Below the pieces are notes generated by a model. That model was not told the origin of the DNA. It ran no database searches and worked only from the letters and a program-made list of their open reading frames with translations. This document shows, one piece after another, positions 1 to 11,033 of a stretch of DNA of 64,000 nucleotides (its first letter is position 1; every line of letters begins with the position of its first letter). A program made the translations under genes and the position numbers. Source of the stretch: Nemertoderma westbladi (taxonomy: Eukaryota > Animalia > Xenacoelomorpha); the NCBI GenBank assembly GCA_032718475.1, contig JAUCBJ010000608.1:1-64000 (forward strand). The letters run 5' to 3'.

Positions 1-3000
1 TTGAGTTAATGCCGAACGAGTATTATACCGATGGACTGCAGATATTGGTTTGAACATATTTATTAGTGCGTCTGTTTTATTGCATTTTTTAACATCAAAC
101 ATAAATTTCGCAACTTCCAGCTCAAATAGTTTATCTAGTGGCAAAACTTTTAAGGATTTATATATCGGGGGTGCATGGGATTGGAAGTGGCTAAACGTTA
201 TTGCTCGGAGTATCTTATTTAATTTTATTTTAATTTTATTAGTGTAGGAATTGTAGCTGTTACCCCAAAGTATAATACCGTAAAGAATGTGTGGGTGTAC
301 GAGTGCAAAATATAGGGTTCTAAGTATATAAAGTGGTAGTATATGACGTAATTTATAGAAGATGCCGGTTAGTTTCGAGATTTTTGACAAAATATATTTA
401 CAGTGAACCATCCAATTTACATGGTTATCGATGTAGACTCCTAAGAATTTAGTTGATGTTGTTTTCGTTAATGGTATAGAACGGATGTTGACTGTGGGAA
501 TTGTGGTAGTGGTGTTGTGATTGTCAAAGATGATATATTCCGTTTTCTTTAAGTTTAAAGATAGTTTGTTGTCTGTTAACCAGCTGTCTAGTTTCTGTAA
601 TTCCGTGTTAACTGTAGAAATAAGTGTGTTTGTATTTTTGTGGCAGAATAGTAGTGTAGTGTCATCCGCAAAAAGTGTTGATATTAATTTTGTGCAGTTC
701 GGTAAATCATTAATATAAATTAAAAATAGAAGCGGTGATAATATTCCACCCTGTGGGGTTCCACAGGGTGTACCAGCGGAGTCTGAATTAATACCGTTAA
801 TATTAACTACTTGTGATCGGTTGTCAAGGAAACTGGCTAACAATTTAAGTGGGAGGCCGCGTATACCATAACATTCTAATTTTTGCAGTAATATGGAGTG
901 ATCTAAGGTATCGAATGCTTTCTTGAGATCTACTGAAACTAAGCAGGCGGAGCTCTGGTTGTCTAGTGTTTCCTGTATTTGTTCCGTAACTGTTAGTATA
1001 GCATCTGTAGTCGTTATATGTTTTCGGAATCCGTGTTGTGCAGGGGAAAGTAAATCGAACTTGTTTAGATATGCCAGTAGTTGAGAGTTGATAACACGCT
1101 CGTATATTTTAGTGAAAAGCGGTAATATCGAAATGGGACGGTAATTATTTTTATCCGTGGGATCGCCAGTTTTAAAAACTGGGATTATTTTTGCAATTTT
1201 AAGTAAATCTGGAAAAAAACCATTTATGACGGATAATTTAATTAAATGAGTTAAGTGGGGGGCTATCGTATGAGCTGCTAATTTCACCAGGTAGACCGGA
1301 AATTCATCATATGTTGAAACGTGGTTGTCTATATCAAGTAAAAAATAGAGAATTTCGGTCTCACATGGTTCTATTAAACAAAACGATTTGTAATTACAAT
1401 TTTTTATGAAGCGTGTTGGATTTCTATTAGTTTTCGGAATTTGCTCAGCTAATTGGGGTCCAATGGTAGAGAAATGTTTGTTTAGTATATTTGCAATGGA
1501 TCTACTGTCAGTGGTTACGTTTCCAGGTGAGCCGGTATTAATTTTAACAGGGGCAGATAGTTTTTTTGATCTATGTAAAGCTAAATTTATTGTTTGCCAT
1601 GTTTTTTTACTGTTGTTTTTATGTTTATCGAATTCCAGCTCATAATAATTTTTTTCCGCAATACGAAGGGTTTTTGTTAATTGATTCCTATATGATTTGT
1701 ACTCTGATAGTTTTGAGTCCGTAGGTTTTGACATTAGAGATGCATATAGTTTATTTTTTTTTATTACACATTTCACTAGACTATGCGTCATCCATGGTTT
1801 TTTTGGAATATATTTTTGTTTTGTTTCCTTTTTTGGCAAATGTTTTGAGCACAATGAGTCAAAATCTTTATAAAAATTAGTAAATTTTTCTTTGTTTGGT
1901 ATTGAGTCCATTTTATACGACCAATTGCTGGGATTTTGTAAATCAGAGATAAACCTTTCTTTGTTTAATTTACTGTAATCATAAGTTAGTCGTTTTGTTT
2001 CAGTTGATGTCAAATAGCAATCGAAGTCATTAAATACAATAAAAGTTGCCAAGTGATCCGTGGTTCCCATTTCTGATAGAAATACTCCGGCTGAAACGAA
2101 TTTGTCAGTAATGTTAGTACAAATGTGGTCGATCAAAGTTTTAGAGTACAGAGTAATTCTAGTCGGCTGTTTTATAACCTGTTGGAAGCCGTAAGTGTTT
2201 AGTGTATTGTAGTAGTTGTTTGTGGTGCTGTTCAGTTTCATAGTATTAATGTTTGTATCACCTGTAATTACAGTGTTTAGTTTAAGGTCCGTAATTTCAT
2301 TAAGGAGTCTGTTGAGTTCATCGTTAAATTTAGATTCCGTGCAAGTATCCGGTCTGTATATAGTTCCTACTAGTAATGGTTTTCGGTTTGTAGTGTTAGC
2401 TCCGCCTGGTTTCAGTAGAACCCAAGATGATTCACAACCATCCAGTTTAAAGTCCTGTACTGTATATTGTAGACCCTGTTTGACATATATAGCGGTTCCT
2501 CCCCTGTCTAGTCTACCGTATTTTCTGTTGTTTACTAGTGGACCGATGTAGCCGTCTAGTTTGACCATGGTGAGGTCTGTTTCGTCGGTGAGAAAAGTTT
2601 CAGTGAATGTTAATATGTCAAACTGATTGTTCATTAGGTCCAAGTGATTTGTAGTGTCTTGTAAGTTTTTTCGAAGACTTCTGCAGTTTAAATGAAATAC
2701 AGATAAAGACTTTTTACCATTTTCCGGCTGTTCGAGAAGAGTATTGTACGAATCATGATCAAAGTAGTCGGAGCTATTAATAGTGGAAATTACGTTTCTG
2801 TCCGGGTCTATTGAGTTAAAATGGTTGTTTGTTGATGAAAAATCAGTCCTGTCAGTGCTATCGTCACCGGTAGAAAAAATATCAGTATCAGTAGAGGGGG
2901 TGTTTGTAAAAGGGAACAGTTCTAAGTAGCAGTAGATACAGTAGGCTGAGATAGTAGACACGGACGAATCTAAAACGGGCAAGTCAAGGCAGGTCCCACA

Positions 3001-3129
3001 CTGGTAATGGTATAAATTATTACATAACAAGCACTTAAGTGTGTAATCATTACAGCAAACTACCGAGTAACAGAACGCACAGGAAAGGGGAGTGGACGAG
3101 TTGCCTCGGGGAGGGGTAGATCTGGGCAT
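1..3129 (-). CDS. Non-LTR retrotransposon (CR1/L2-type) ORF2: N-terminal PHD-like finger, APE endonuclease and reverse transcriptase; runs off the window start
   Basis: The minus-strand frame starts at ATG 3129 (MPRSTPPRGNSSTPLSCAFC...CLLCNNLYHYQC...YCIYCYLELFPF). It contains the endonuclease motif VFHLNCRSL...FTETFL near 2700-2590 and the RT motifs GTPQGGILSPLLFLIYINDL and TLFADD near 760-661. The motifs I checked are in one frame. It is absent from the ORF track, presumably because no stop occurs inside the window. Confidence 0.92.
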   Translation of the reverse strand, partial: MPRSTPPRGNSSTPLSCAFCYSVVCCNDYTLKCLLCNNLYHYQCGTCLDLPVLDSSVSTISAYCIYCYLELFPFTNTPSTDTDIFSTGDDSTDRTDFSSTNNHFNSIDPDRNVISTINSSDYFDHDSYNTLLEQPENGKKSLSVFHLNCRSLRKNLQDTTNHLDLMNNQFDILTFTETFLTDETDLTMVKLDGYIGPLVNNRKYGRLDRGGTAIYVKQGLQYTVQDFKLDGCESSWVLLKPGGANTTNRKPLLVGTIYRPDTCTESKFNDELNRLLNEITDLKLNTVITGDTNINTMKLNSTTNNYYNTLNTYGFQQVIKQPTRITLYSKTLIDHICTNITDKFVSAGVFLSEMGTTDHLATFIVFNDFDCYLTSTETKRLTYDYSKLNKERFISDLQNPSNWSYKMDSIPNKEKFTNFYKDFDSLCSKHLPKKETKQKYIPKKPWMTHSLVKCVIKKNKLYASLMSKPTDSKLSEYKSYRNQLTKTLRIAEKNYYELEFDKHKNNSKKTWQTINLALHRSKKLSAPVKINTGSPGNVTTDSRSIANILNKHFSTIGPQLAEQIPKTNRNPTRFIKNCNYKSFCLIEPCETEILYFLLDIDNHVSTYDEFPVYLVKLAAHTIAPHLTHLIKLSVINGFFPDLLKIAKIIPVFKTGDPTDKNNYRPISILPLFTKIYERVINSQLLAYLNKFDLLSPAQHGFRKHITTTDAILTVTEQIQETLDNQSSACLVSVDLKKAFDTLDHSILLQKLECYGIRGLPLKLLASFLDNRSQVVNINGINSDSAGTPCGTPQGGILSPLLFLIYINDLPNCTKLISTLFADDTTLLFCHKNTNTLISTVNTELQKLDSWLTDNKLSLNLKKTEYIIFDNHNTTTTIPTVNIRSIPLTKTTSTKFLGVYIDNHVNWMVHCKYILSKISKLTGIFYKLRHILPLYILRTLYFALVHPHILYGIILWGNSYNSYTNKIKIKLNKILRAITFSHFQSHAPPIYKSLKVLPLDKLFELEVAKFMFDVKKCNKTDALINMFKPISAVHRYNTRSALTQ

Positions 3130-3877
3130 AAAATATGCAGGTATGCAGCTTGGGATAGGCGGGGGAATAGGCCATAATAATTATTAAGATAGCACATTGA
3201 TAACAATTAGCGGGAAATTTGAAAATAAACTTACCCTCAACAATTCCATTGCACGGGATTGTAAAGGTTACTATACTTATTTTGCAACATAATGATATGC
3301 TAAATATACAATATTATTATGATATAATATTGATTGCTACTTAATGCTAATATACTGATATACTGAAGGTACCGGTATATAGTTTCCAATAATATGAAAA
3401 TAGTCCGGATAGGCTATTTATCTAACAAAACACTAACCTAACTGGGCACTGGACATCTTCTATTAAAATAAAATATAATAGAAATATGAAGGGTCGCCGT
3501 AAAGGGCGACCACATATCGTCACGATATATAATTTGCAGTCTGCAGTCTTGGTAGCGGTTCACACAGTTCTTACGATTAGGTTGAATCTTACTCCATACG
3601 TTACTAACGTAGTTTAAATAATTGGCTCACAAATTACAAAGTACCGGGTAGGCCTAATTAATACCAAATAAACGAAAATAAATGTAAAATTGTCTATCTT
3701 CTGAACTTGCTCAATGCTTACTAACGGACAAAGTACAGCTGTATTACAGTATTTGGCCAAGGATACGGTAGGCCGGTAGGTTCTTGTTTTCTATCAACTT
3801 ACAACTTACAGACTTCGGTACTCCAACTTAATTATGGACAGTTCTGTAGTGTAGTTAGTCGCTTGAGTCATGTTCTT

Positions 3878-4708
3878 CTAGGGGAGGTAACGAGTAGATA
3901 CCGGAGTGTCCGGAGTCGAGCTGATCGAAGAGACATCAACATCGACAGTGGAGGTCTGCTTCTCCTTCGCGGTCTTCTTTCTCTTTGCAATGACTTTCTC
4001 GAGGTCCAGTAGGTTGGATTCGGATACGATGCGGATCGCGTCGGAGGCTTCGGTAATTTTAACGAATATTGCACCTCGGAACGTGTAGTAGACATAGATT
4101 TTGCGATTCATCTTTAGCTGGGAAACGCGTTTGAGGAGAATGGAGCGACGTTTGGATAGGTGCTCGTAAATAGCCAGAGGATATTTCAGCTGCTTCCGTG
4201 CCCGGAGGACGGAAAGCTGACCGCTGTGCCCATAAAAACGTATAATAATGGGACGCGGGCGAATGGAGTCGCGTTCGGTTTGGACGCTGCCGGGATCATC
4301 AGATTGGTGCGCGTGCTCAGCCGGCACCGGTAATCGCGGTTTCGGACGATGTTTGCCCAGTCGATGGAATACATCAACCATACTGAGCGACGATCCTAAA
4401 TTCTTCAGAACCTCGTCAAATTTCTCCCTTTCTTCAGTGGAATTATCAGATTCCGGCAACCCGAATAACAGAGCGTTGTGGCGATTCATGTACTGTTCCA
4501 AGTCATCATTCTCTTGGATAAGATTTATGTTCAGTTGGTTTACTGCGTTTAATTTGCTCTCCAATCGCTCAACGTATTCATTTGTACTCTGGATTTCGAA
4601 CAATGCGGATTTGATTTCCTCCCGTAGGTCAGCCTGGGAGGCTTTTAGGTCGGCCAGGTTGTCTAGGATTTGTTGCCCCACGCTACCCCATGTCTGAGTA
4701 GGCGGCAT
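3878..4708 (-). CDS. LINE ORF1 (coiled coil plus RRM-like L1-type ORF1 domain)
   Basis: 276-aa ORF with a heptad-rich N-terminus, followed by LEQYMNRHNALLFGLPE, FHRLGK, RPRPIIIRF and IYEHLSKRRSILL, typical of CR1/L1-type ORF1 proteins. It lies upstream of ORF2 on the same strand. Confidence 0.85.
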   Translation of the reverse strand: MPPTQTWGSVGQQILDNLADLKASQADLREEIKSALFEIQSTNEYVERLESKLNAVNQLNINLIQENDDLEQYMNRHNALLFGLPESDNSTEEREKFDEVLKNLGSSLSMVDVFHRLGKHRPKPRLPVPAEHAHQSDDPGSVQTERDSIRPRPIIIRFYGHSGQLSVLRARKQLKYPLAIYEHLSKRRSILLKRVSQLKMNRKIYVYYTFRGAIFVKITEASDAIRIVSESNLLDLEKVIAKRKKTAKEKQTSTVDVDVSSISSTPDTPVSTRYLP

Positions 4709-4753
4709 GTTGCTGTGTTGCGTTCTGCCGTCAGCCGTTAGGCAGTGCAGCAG

Positions 4754-7700
4754 GGGTGCATGTAAAGAGCGGACTGCGGACTGTGGATTGTCAATTAAAA
4801 GCCCAAATATGCGCGGTCAATTTGAATTATAGCATTATAATGTAAGAATCCGCTCTTTGTTGTCTGGACAAACGGCGGACTGAAGCCAGAAAATTGTAAC
4901 CTGATTGGCTCAATCATTTACATAGGCCCAAAGGGAACTTTCCTGAATCCTCTTATTGGCTTAAATGTTTTCATTGTGACACATAGCAGCATAGAGATGG
5001 AAACACAAACAATATTCCAACATTGCTACAGCATAATTATACTGCAAGTAAGGCACTAGGACTACCGGTGCGGTATCAATTAAGCTGCCGTCAGCAGGCA
5101 TGTACTGTTGGCCTACCGGCACCGGCTACTGGTCAGCCGGTTGAAGTTTTCGATTATTTCAAACTAAAACTAAGTAGCCTATAATAAGTAACGCAATCGA
5201 TGGCGGCCGTATTGCACGTGTAGTAGGCCTATTCTTAAACGTCCAAAACTAAACTTACTATAATACATCCAGGCTTACGTAAGATGAGAGCAGTGGCGTG
5301 GTGGCCATATACATCTATTCGGGAAAATTCCCGGGCCCCCTTGACGATCTGGGCCCCCCGGGGCCCTCAGAGTCAGAAAATTATATTGATGTTATAAAAA
5401 AATATAGTAGTAGGTATTACATTTTTCGAATAAAATATAAGCAACGAAACCAAAACAATATATATAAAGGCTTCATGTCGCAGTTAGCAAGCACAGCACT
5501 AAACTAAGAGGGTTGGAGAGGATGAGGGGGGGGGGGGGGGGGGTAGTAAACGTTGGTAGGAGCACATACCAGTATTATTCTATATTGAAAAAGTCCCCTC
5601 AGGCAAGGCAAACTGTGTTGAAGTTACATTAGTGCCAGCCTGCCAGACCATTCACGATGGATACATACTCCATCTACACCTGTCTCATTCTAGGACGGCT
5701 AAAACGTCTGTCCTTATCTGATCTGATCTGATCTGACGGTATCTGACACTTGTTTCACCTTATTGCAGTTAGTGGTTTATACATGGTAGGCCTATTAGTT
5801 TATACTTATATGAACAGGTACGAAACGTGTACAGTATGTTTCGAGTTTTATAACGCTAATAAAACCAATACAGTGACTAAGGATAAAACACACATACAGT
5901 ATTTGGAATCAGCGTACTTAAGGTGTAAGGATGCAAGATGATTTAAGCTAGTTTTGACTCGTCCATACTCGCTAGGAACCTCCATCACCTTAGTCTTAAC
6001 AACCTGGGTGGGCCACGACCTGGTTGTGCAAGGTTTCTACAGTAGAAACCCCGCCCATTTACACGAAGTCGCGGACGCGGCCCTGTTGAGTCTCCACTGG
6101 AGAAGTTTACAAGACAGCCGTTAATTCAGGGCCTGGAGCAAGACCCACTGCTGAACCACCCAGAGAGATACCAGCCAGGTTTGGAGCAAATTTAAACGAA
6201 CCCTCCAGAGTCGGAACGATGTTGGACCAACCCGCTATGGTCGGAACGAGGTTGGATGAACTCGCCAGAGTCGGAACGAAGTTGGCATCATGTCATGAAT
6301 GTTGAAAATTTATGTTTTTTTGTGCATTTGTAATATGAGTAACGGAATTGGAACATAAATCCCCCCCCCCCCCCCCCCCGGGGGGAAATAATATTGTGAG
6401 GCAAGGCAGCTTGCCAGGTTGTGCGAAACTAGAATTGAACAAGTCGGCGCTTAACATACGTTTATGTCACGTGCTGCGCGAAGGCCCGTTTGTGTAATAG
6501 AACATGGATGCAATGTGTGGTTATTTCGATTTATTATCGAAATTTATTGATTATTTATCATGTAATATTTATAGTGCTGAATACTGAACAGTCTACGTAG
6601 ATTCGTCCTCATTCTATTACTTATGTCGAATTGTAATTCTGCAATCAATAATAATTGAATTGACAAAGAAATGCCTTCGCTATTTGTATTTTTTTACTGT
6701 TTGAAGTTTTTTATTGTGTTCTACCTACCTAGTACGTTATTTACGCGATGGTGATACTTTTAGAGGTGATCATTCGTGTTTGACGTTCACATATCACCGC
6801 TAGGCCCGTTTCTAATTTATACTTAAATGAACAAGTACGAAACTAGTACAGTATGTTTCGAGTTTTCTCACTCCAATAAAACCAAAACAGTGACTCAGGA
6901 TAAAACACGTACATATATTTGAAACATATTTTGTGCAATATAAATTGATCAGAATAATTGAAATTTTATTTTTTATACCATTGTGTTAACATAAAAAAAA
7001 TTAATTTAACGGGTCCGTACAGGGCCAATATCTGTAACAAACCACAAGGATGAGCACATTTTAAATACTTTCAATTACAGTACTTCTACGTTTCTGTCAA
7101 TTCGCCCCCTAGCGGCAGACAGAGGAACTATAGAAGTCTGTCTGTGTGTAGAATCTCTAAACTTTTGATAGACTACATGTGCACCAAGTTTGGTTCCATT
7201 TCATTCATGATCGACACAGTTATTAGCGTTCAAACATTTCCGACGACAACGACGACGGACGGCTCACTAATTGTACTGCTATGCTAAGGCTTACCTGGAC
7301 TTCGTGGCTCGCCCCACATATGTTAGCCAGGACTGTGATAACCCTTCCCTCTAGAGTACCAAACAAACAAATATTTTATATTTAATATATTGATACGTCA
7401 TCATCATTATTTAATAATATTAATTATAATTAATACAATTAAGTATAACAATTAATAATGATAACTATTAACAAGAAAGATTAGTAAAATATTGCAGCAA
7501 GGTTGTGTTGTTTTTAATAAATATTTAATGTATCAACAACAACTAAAGCTACGAAAGTTGTTTACATCCGAAACTAGAATAAAAATATAAGTAGAAAATT
7601 GTATTTCATATAAAATAGGGAAGTTGTTTACATCTGGACCTAGAATACAAATTTCATATAAAAAAAATAAATAAAATAAAGCCCACAAGCTTGGTGTCTT

Positions 7701-9803
7701 CAAAAGTATTGGTCAAAAATTTAAAATTTACATCCTGACTCATTTTATTGGCTTCGAAATGTAATTTTAAAAAAATGCCAAACCCCAGCAATTACGGGCG
7801 CAATATATTAAAAATGCAATAAAGGATGGCGGGTATGAAAGTGGGGTGATGGGACGTTAATATGGGACGTTGATGAGAATTGGGTTATTACCTCGAGTCG
7901 TCTCCAAGTTACTTTTGCTTCTCAAATGAGCAACCCAGATACCGTTCTTTCTGACGCAAACCCATTTTTGGATGGGTGTGAGAAGACTTTGAGAGAGAAA
8001 GGGACTGAACTAAAAGTGACCACATACCACCCAGTTTGGTATGGTAAATTTGTAACATCCGATAAATAAGTTGCCTCTTTTAGGTTAATTTTAAGTCCTG
8101 GCTGCCTGGTCCAGTGTAGATTCTCCTTCCCTTTTGATCAATTTTTAGAATAATTTCATCCTTAGTATTATCGTAAAATGTCCTGTACTTCGAAATATAT
8201 GGTGACTCTGAGACTTCCGAAATTTCAATAACATCCTCATTGATTGTGACTACAGGCCTAGGCCTGTAAAATTATATCTAGCTTAGTCAGGCAGTTAGGT
8301 ACCGGTACCGGTTGGTCGGTAACTACCTACAGTAAGTAAAGTACCATAGTAAGCTGGTAAGTACCCAGTACCGGTAACAGTCTGACAGTAGGGTACGGTA
8401 CATACTGACATAAGCTAGGCCTATCTGGCATCTGCCTATAGCAGTATACTGGTATAGGCAGATAGGCTAAACCTATCACTTATGCTGTAGGCCTATCCGC
8501 CTACCATGCCTACTGACTGACTGATGCAGACCAGTACAGCAGTACTGCAGTATGCCGTTGTAACAGTACTGCAGTATGTCACAATCCATGGTGCTATGTA
8601 GGCCTACTGATGTAACTTAGCAACCTGATCCCCTATTGGCTATTTACCTAACTTATGCTTCGTTTCACCTGAGCTGACTATCCACCAGAGTTCAATATAC
8701 CAGTCATCTCTCATGAAATAGAGGTGGTAGGTAGGCACTCCAATGTAATAAACATGATGTAATCTTATCTCAGAACGCTGGTCAACATGTTGTCTGATTG
8801 GTCAGTTGTTTAAAAGTCATTGGATATATGTAACAACTGTTAATTAATTACATACAACTGATAAAATATACGTATTAACTGACTGATAAAATATACGGAA
8901 CAACTGACTGATAAAATATACGGAACAACGGACTGATGAAATATAAAAATTAGAAATAAATAAATAAATAATATGTCAAATCTAAAATTGTTATTTAGCT
9001 ACATCTCTTACTCTATTGCGCGTCATTAAGAAGAGGGCCACCCATAGAGAGGACTGGTACTGGAATTGCGGTATATTGCGGCATGACTGATAATGTTTCA
9101 CTGATGTTTTTGAAGCCTTTGCAACAACTATAACTAATTCGAAACTTCGCGGTAAAAAGTTGAAGTAATTAATGTGTCCTATCAATACTTTTACAGTATT
9201 ATTATGATTAATTGTGCCATTATATTTGTTTCTTTAAAACTTTATAAAAGCCTTTTTCTAGAAAATATTTTGGGAGGGGGATGGGGGGGGGGGGGGGTTG
9301 TTCAAAATTAGAGGTGATCTATCATTTATGAATCGGCCCTTATTTTGGGATTTCCCGGGCCACCACGCCACTGGATAAGAGTGCCTTGATGTGAAAGTTT
9401 AGGAAAATATTACCTGATAAGCCTACTACTGTATTTACAGAAGAGGTATAGGTTCGCCACTAGTCCTCAGTAGGTATAGGTTCGCCACTAGTAGTAGCCC
9501 CTTAATCAACAGTCCACGTAATTACTGTATAGGATAATTATTTCCTGTATTACAGTGTTGCACAATGGTAAACATTTAAAAGCCAATGCTGCAATGGGAT
9601 GATTCATTATTTAAGTTCCCTTTCAGCCTATGTAAATGGTTGAGCCAATCAGGTTACAATTTACCGGCTTCAGTCCGCCATTTGTCCAGACAACAAAGAA
9701 CGGATTCTTCGTTTGGAAGTCGATAATTTAAATTGACCGCGTAGATTTTGGCAATCCGCAGTCCACAGTCCGCCAGTCCGCAGTCCGCTCTTTACATGCA
9801 CCC
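4754..9803. mobile_element. Non-autonomous TIR DNA transposon, Mutator/MuDR-like by TSD length
   Basis: Imperfect TIRs of about 190 bp (GGGTGCATGTAAAGAGCGGACTGCGGACTG at 4754, reverse complement ending 9803). Exact 9-bp TSD GTGCAGCAG at 4745-4753 and 9804-9812. No transposase ORF seen. Confidence 0.85.
5291..9373. mobile_element. hAT-like non-autonomous element nested inside the 4754-9803 element
   Basis: 16-bp TIR CAGTGGCGTGGTGGCC / GGCCACCACGCCACTG. The 8-bp flanks GATGAGAG (5283-5290) and GATAAGAG (9374-9381) match at 7 of 8 positions. Confidence 0.75.
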
Positions 9804-10387
9804 GTGCAGCAGAGGTAAATAAAGTTTGTAGGCTGGGGCCTGGTGGGCTGGGCAGAATGTTACAAGCGGGTCCCGGAAGGAACATTGACTGAATGATTCC
9901 ATGGAGGGAAATTTAAATGTAATAGTTGACTAGTATCGCCAGTTGAGTTAGACACTAACACATTTAGGCAGTTAGGTATTTGTATTATAACAATAAATGT
10001 ATTTCAGTGTTATTGTCATCGACAACTTTTAATATTGAATGGAAGACTCATCCACACGATCCACGATCCTCATCGACTACGGCTGGTGTGTCTATGGGCG
10101 ACGTATTAGATTCGATACGAACATCATTAGACAATTCGTCAGTTTCTAGATTGCACCTTATTAATCGGCAAGATATATTATACAAGTATTTTGATAATAT
10201 CTCCGGCATAATATGGTGTAACAGCAAAAGACTTCCTCCTCAATTTTAAGCAAATATCTGGTTTTAGATACAGTGGAAAAACTGTACTACTGTAATTTTA
10301 TAATTGTTGTCGCTTTGGCCACGTATTTACCATATATTTGGTGAACATAAATTAGGAGTAGCAGTTGATCGTTAAAGATTACTTATA

Positions 10388-10537
10388 TCCCATCCCATCC
10401 CAACCCATCCCATCCCATCCCATCCCATCCCATCCCATCCCAACCCATCCCATCCCAACCCACCCCACCCCATCCCAACCCATCCCAACCCAACCCATCC
10501 CATCCCAACCCATCCCATCCCATCCCACCCCATCCCA
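10388..10537 (+). repeat. (CCCAT/CCCAA)n pentanucleotide microsatellite
   Basis: Directly visible run of about 30 units inside the TIR element. Confidence 0.95.
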
Positions 10538-10772
10538 TCAATAAATGCGCTATATATATTATGAGCACTATATGTTCATATTAATATTTATTATTTAACG
10601 CCATGTTTCCAGGCGAAAGTTCTAGAATATAATTATATAACCAAGATACATGGGCCCGCAATATCATCACTATCCTACGACGGACGTACAGATAGGAAGA
10701 CCGGAAGACTAATTGACGGATACACCGTATTGGCGTTCGCCGACTTTGATGAAGAAGATCTCAAGCAACTAA

Positions 10773-11033
10773 TCAACCCTGACGGTTACGTTCGTTGATG
10801 TACATATAAGTTACTCTTCTTGGTGAACGTGGTACCACACACCATGACAAGCACACCATGCAGTCTATTACTGCCGATGGCGACGAGTCATCTTCGCTTC
10901 CTTCGCATTTCCTCTTACGACCTCTAACGGTAAAAACTTCTTGATCGTGAACAGTTTTACGATGTTTGTTTAAATTACCGACACATGAAAATAATTTGTC
11001 ACAAATACTACAGGATGTGGATGAGTCTTCCAT
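10773..11033 (-). pseudogene. Truncated C2H2 zinc-finger ORF of the TIR element
   Basis: CSICDKLFSCVGNLNKHRKTVH fits C-x2-C-x3-F-x5-L-x2-H-x4-H and is followed by a basic NLS-like RGRKRK. The ATG lies inside the right TIR. Confidence 0.65.
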
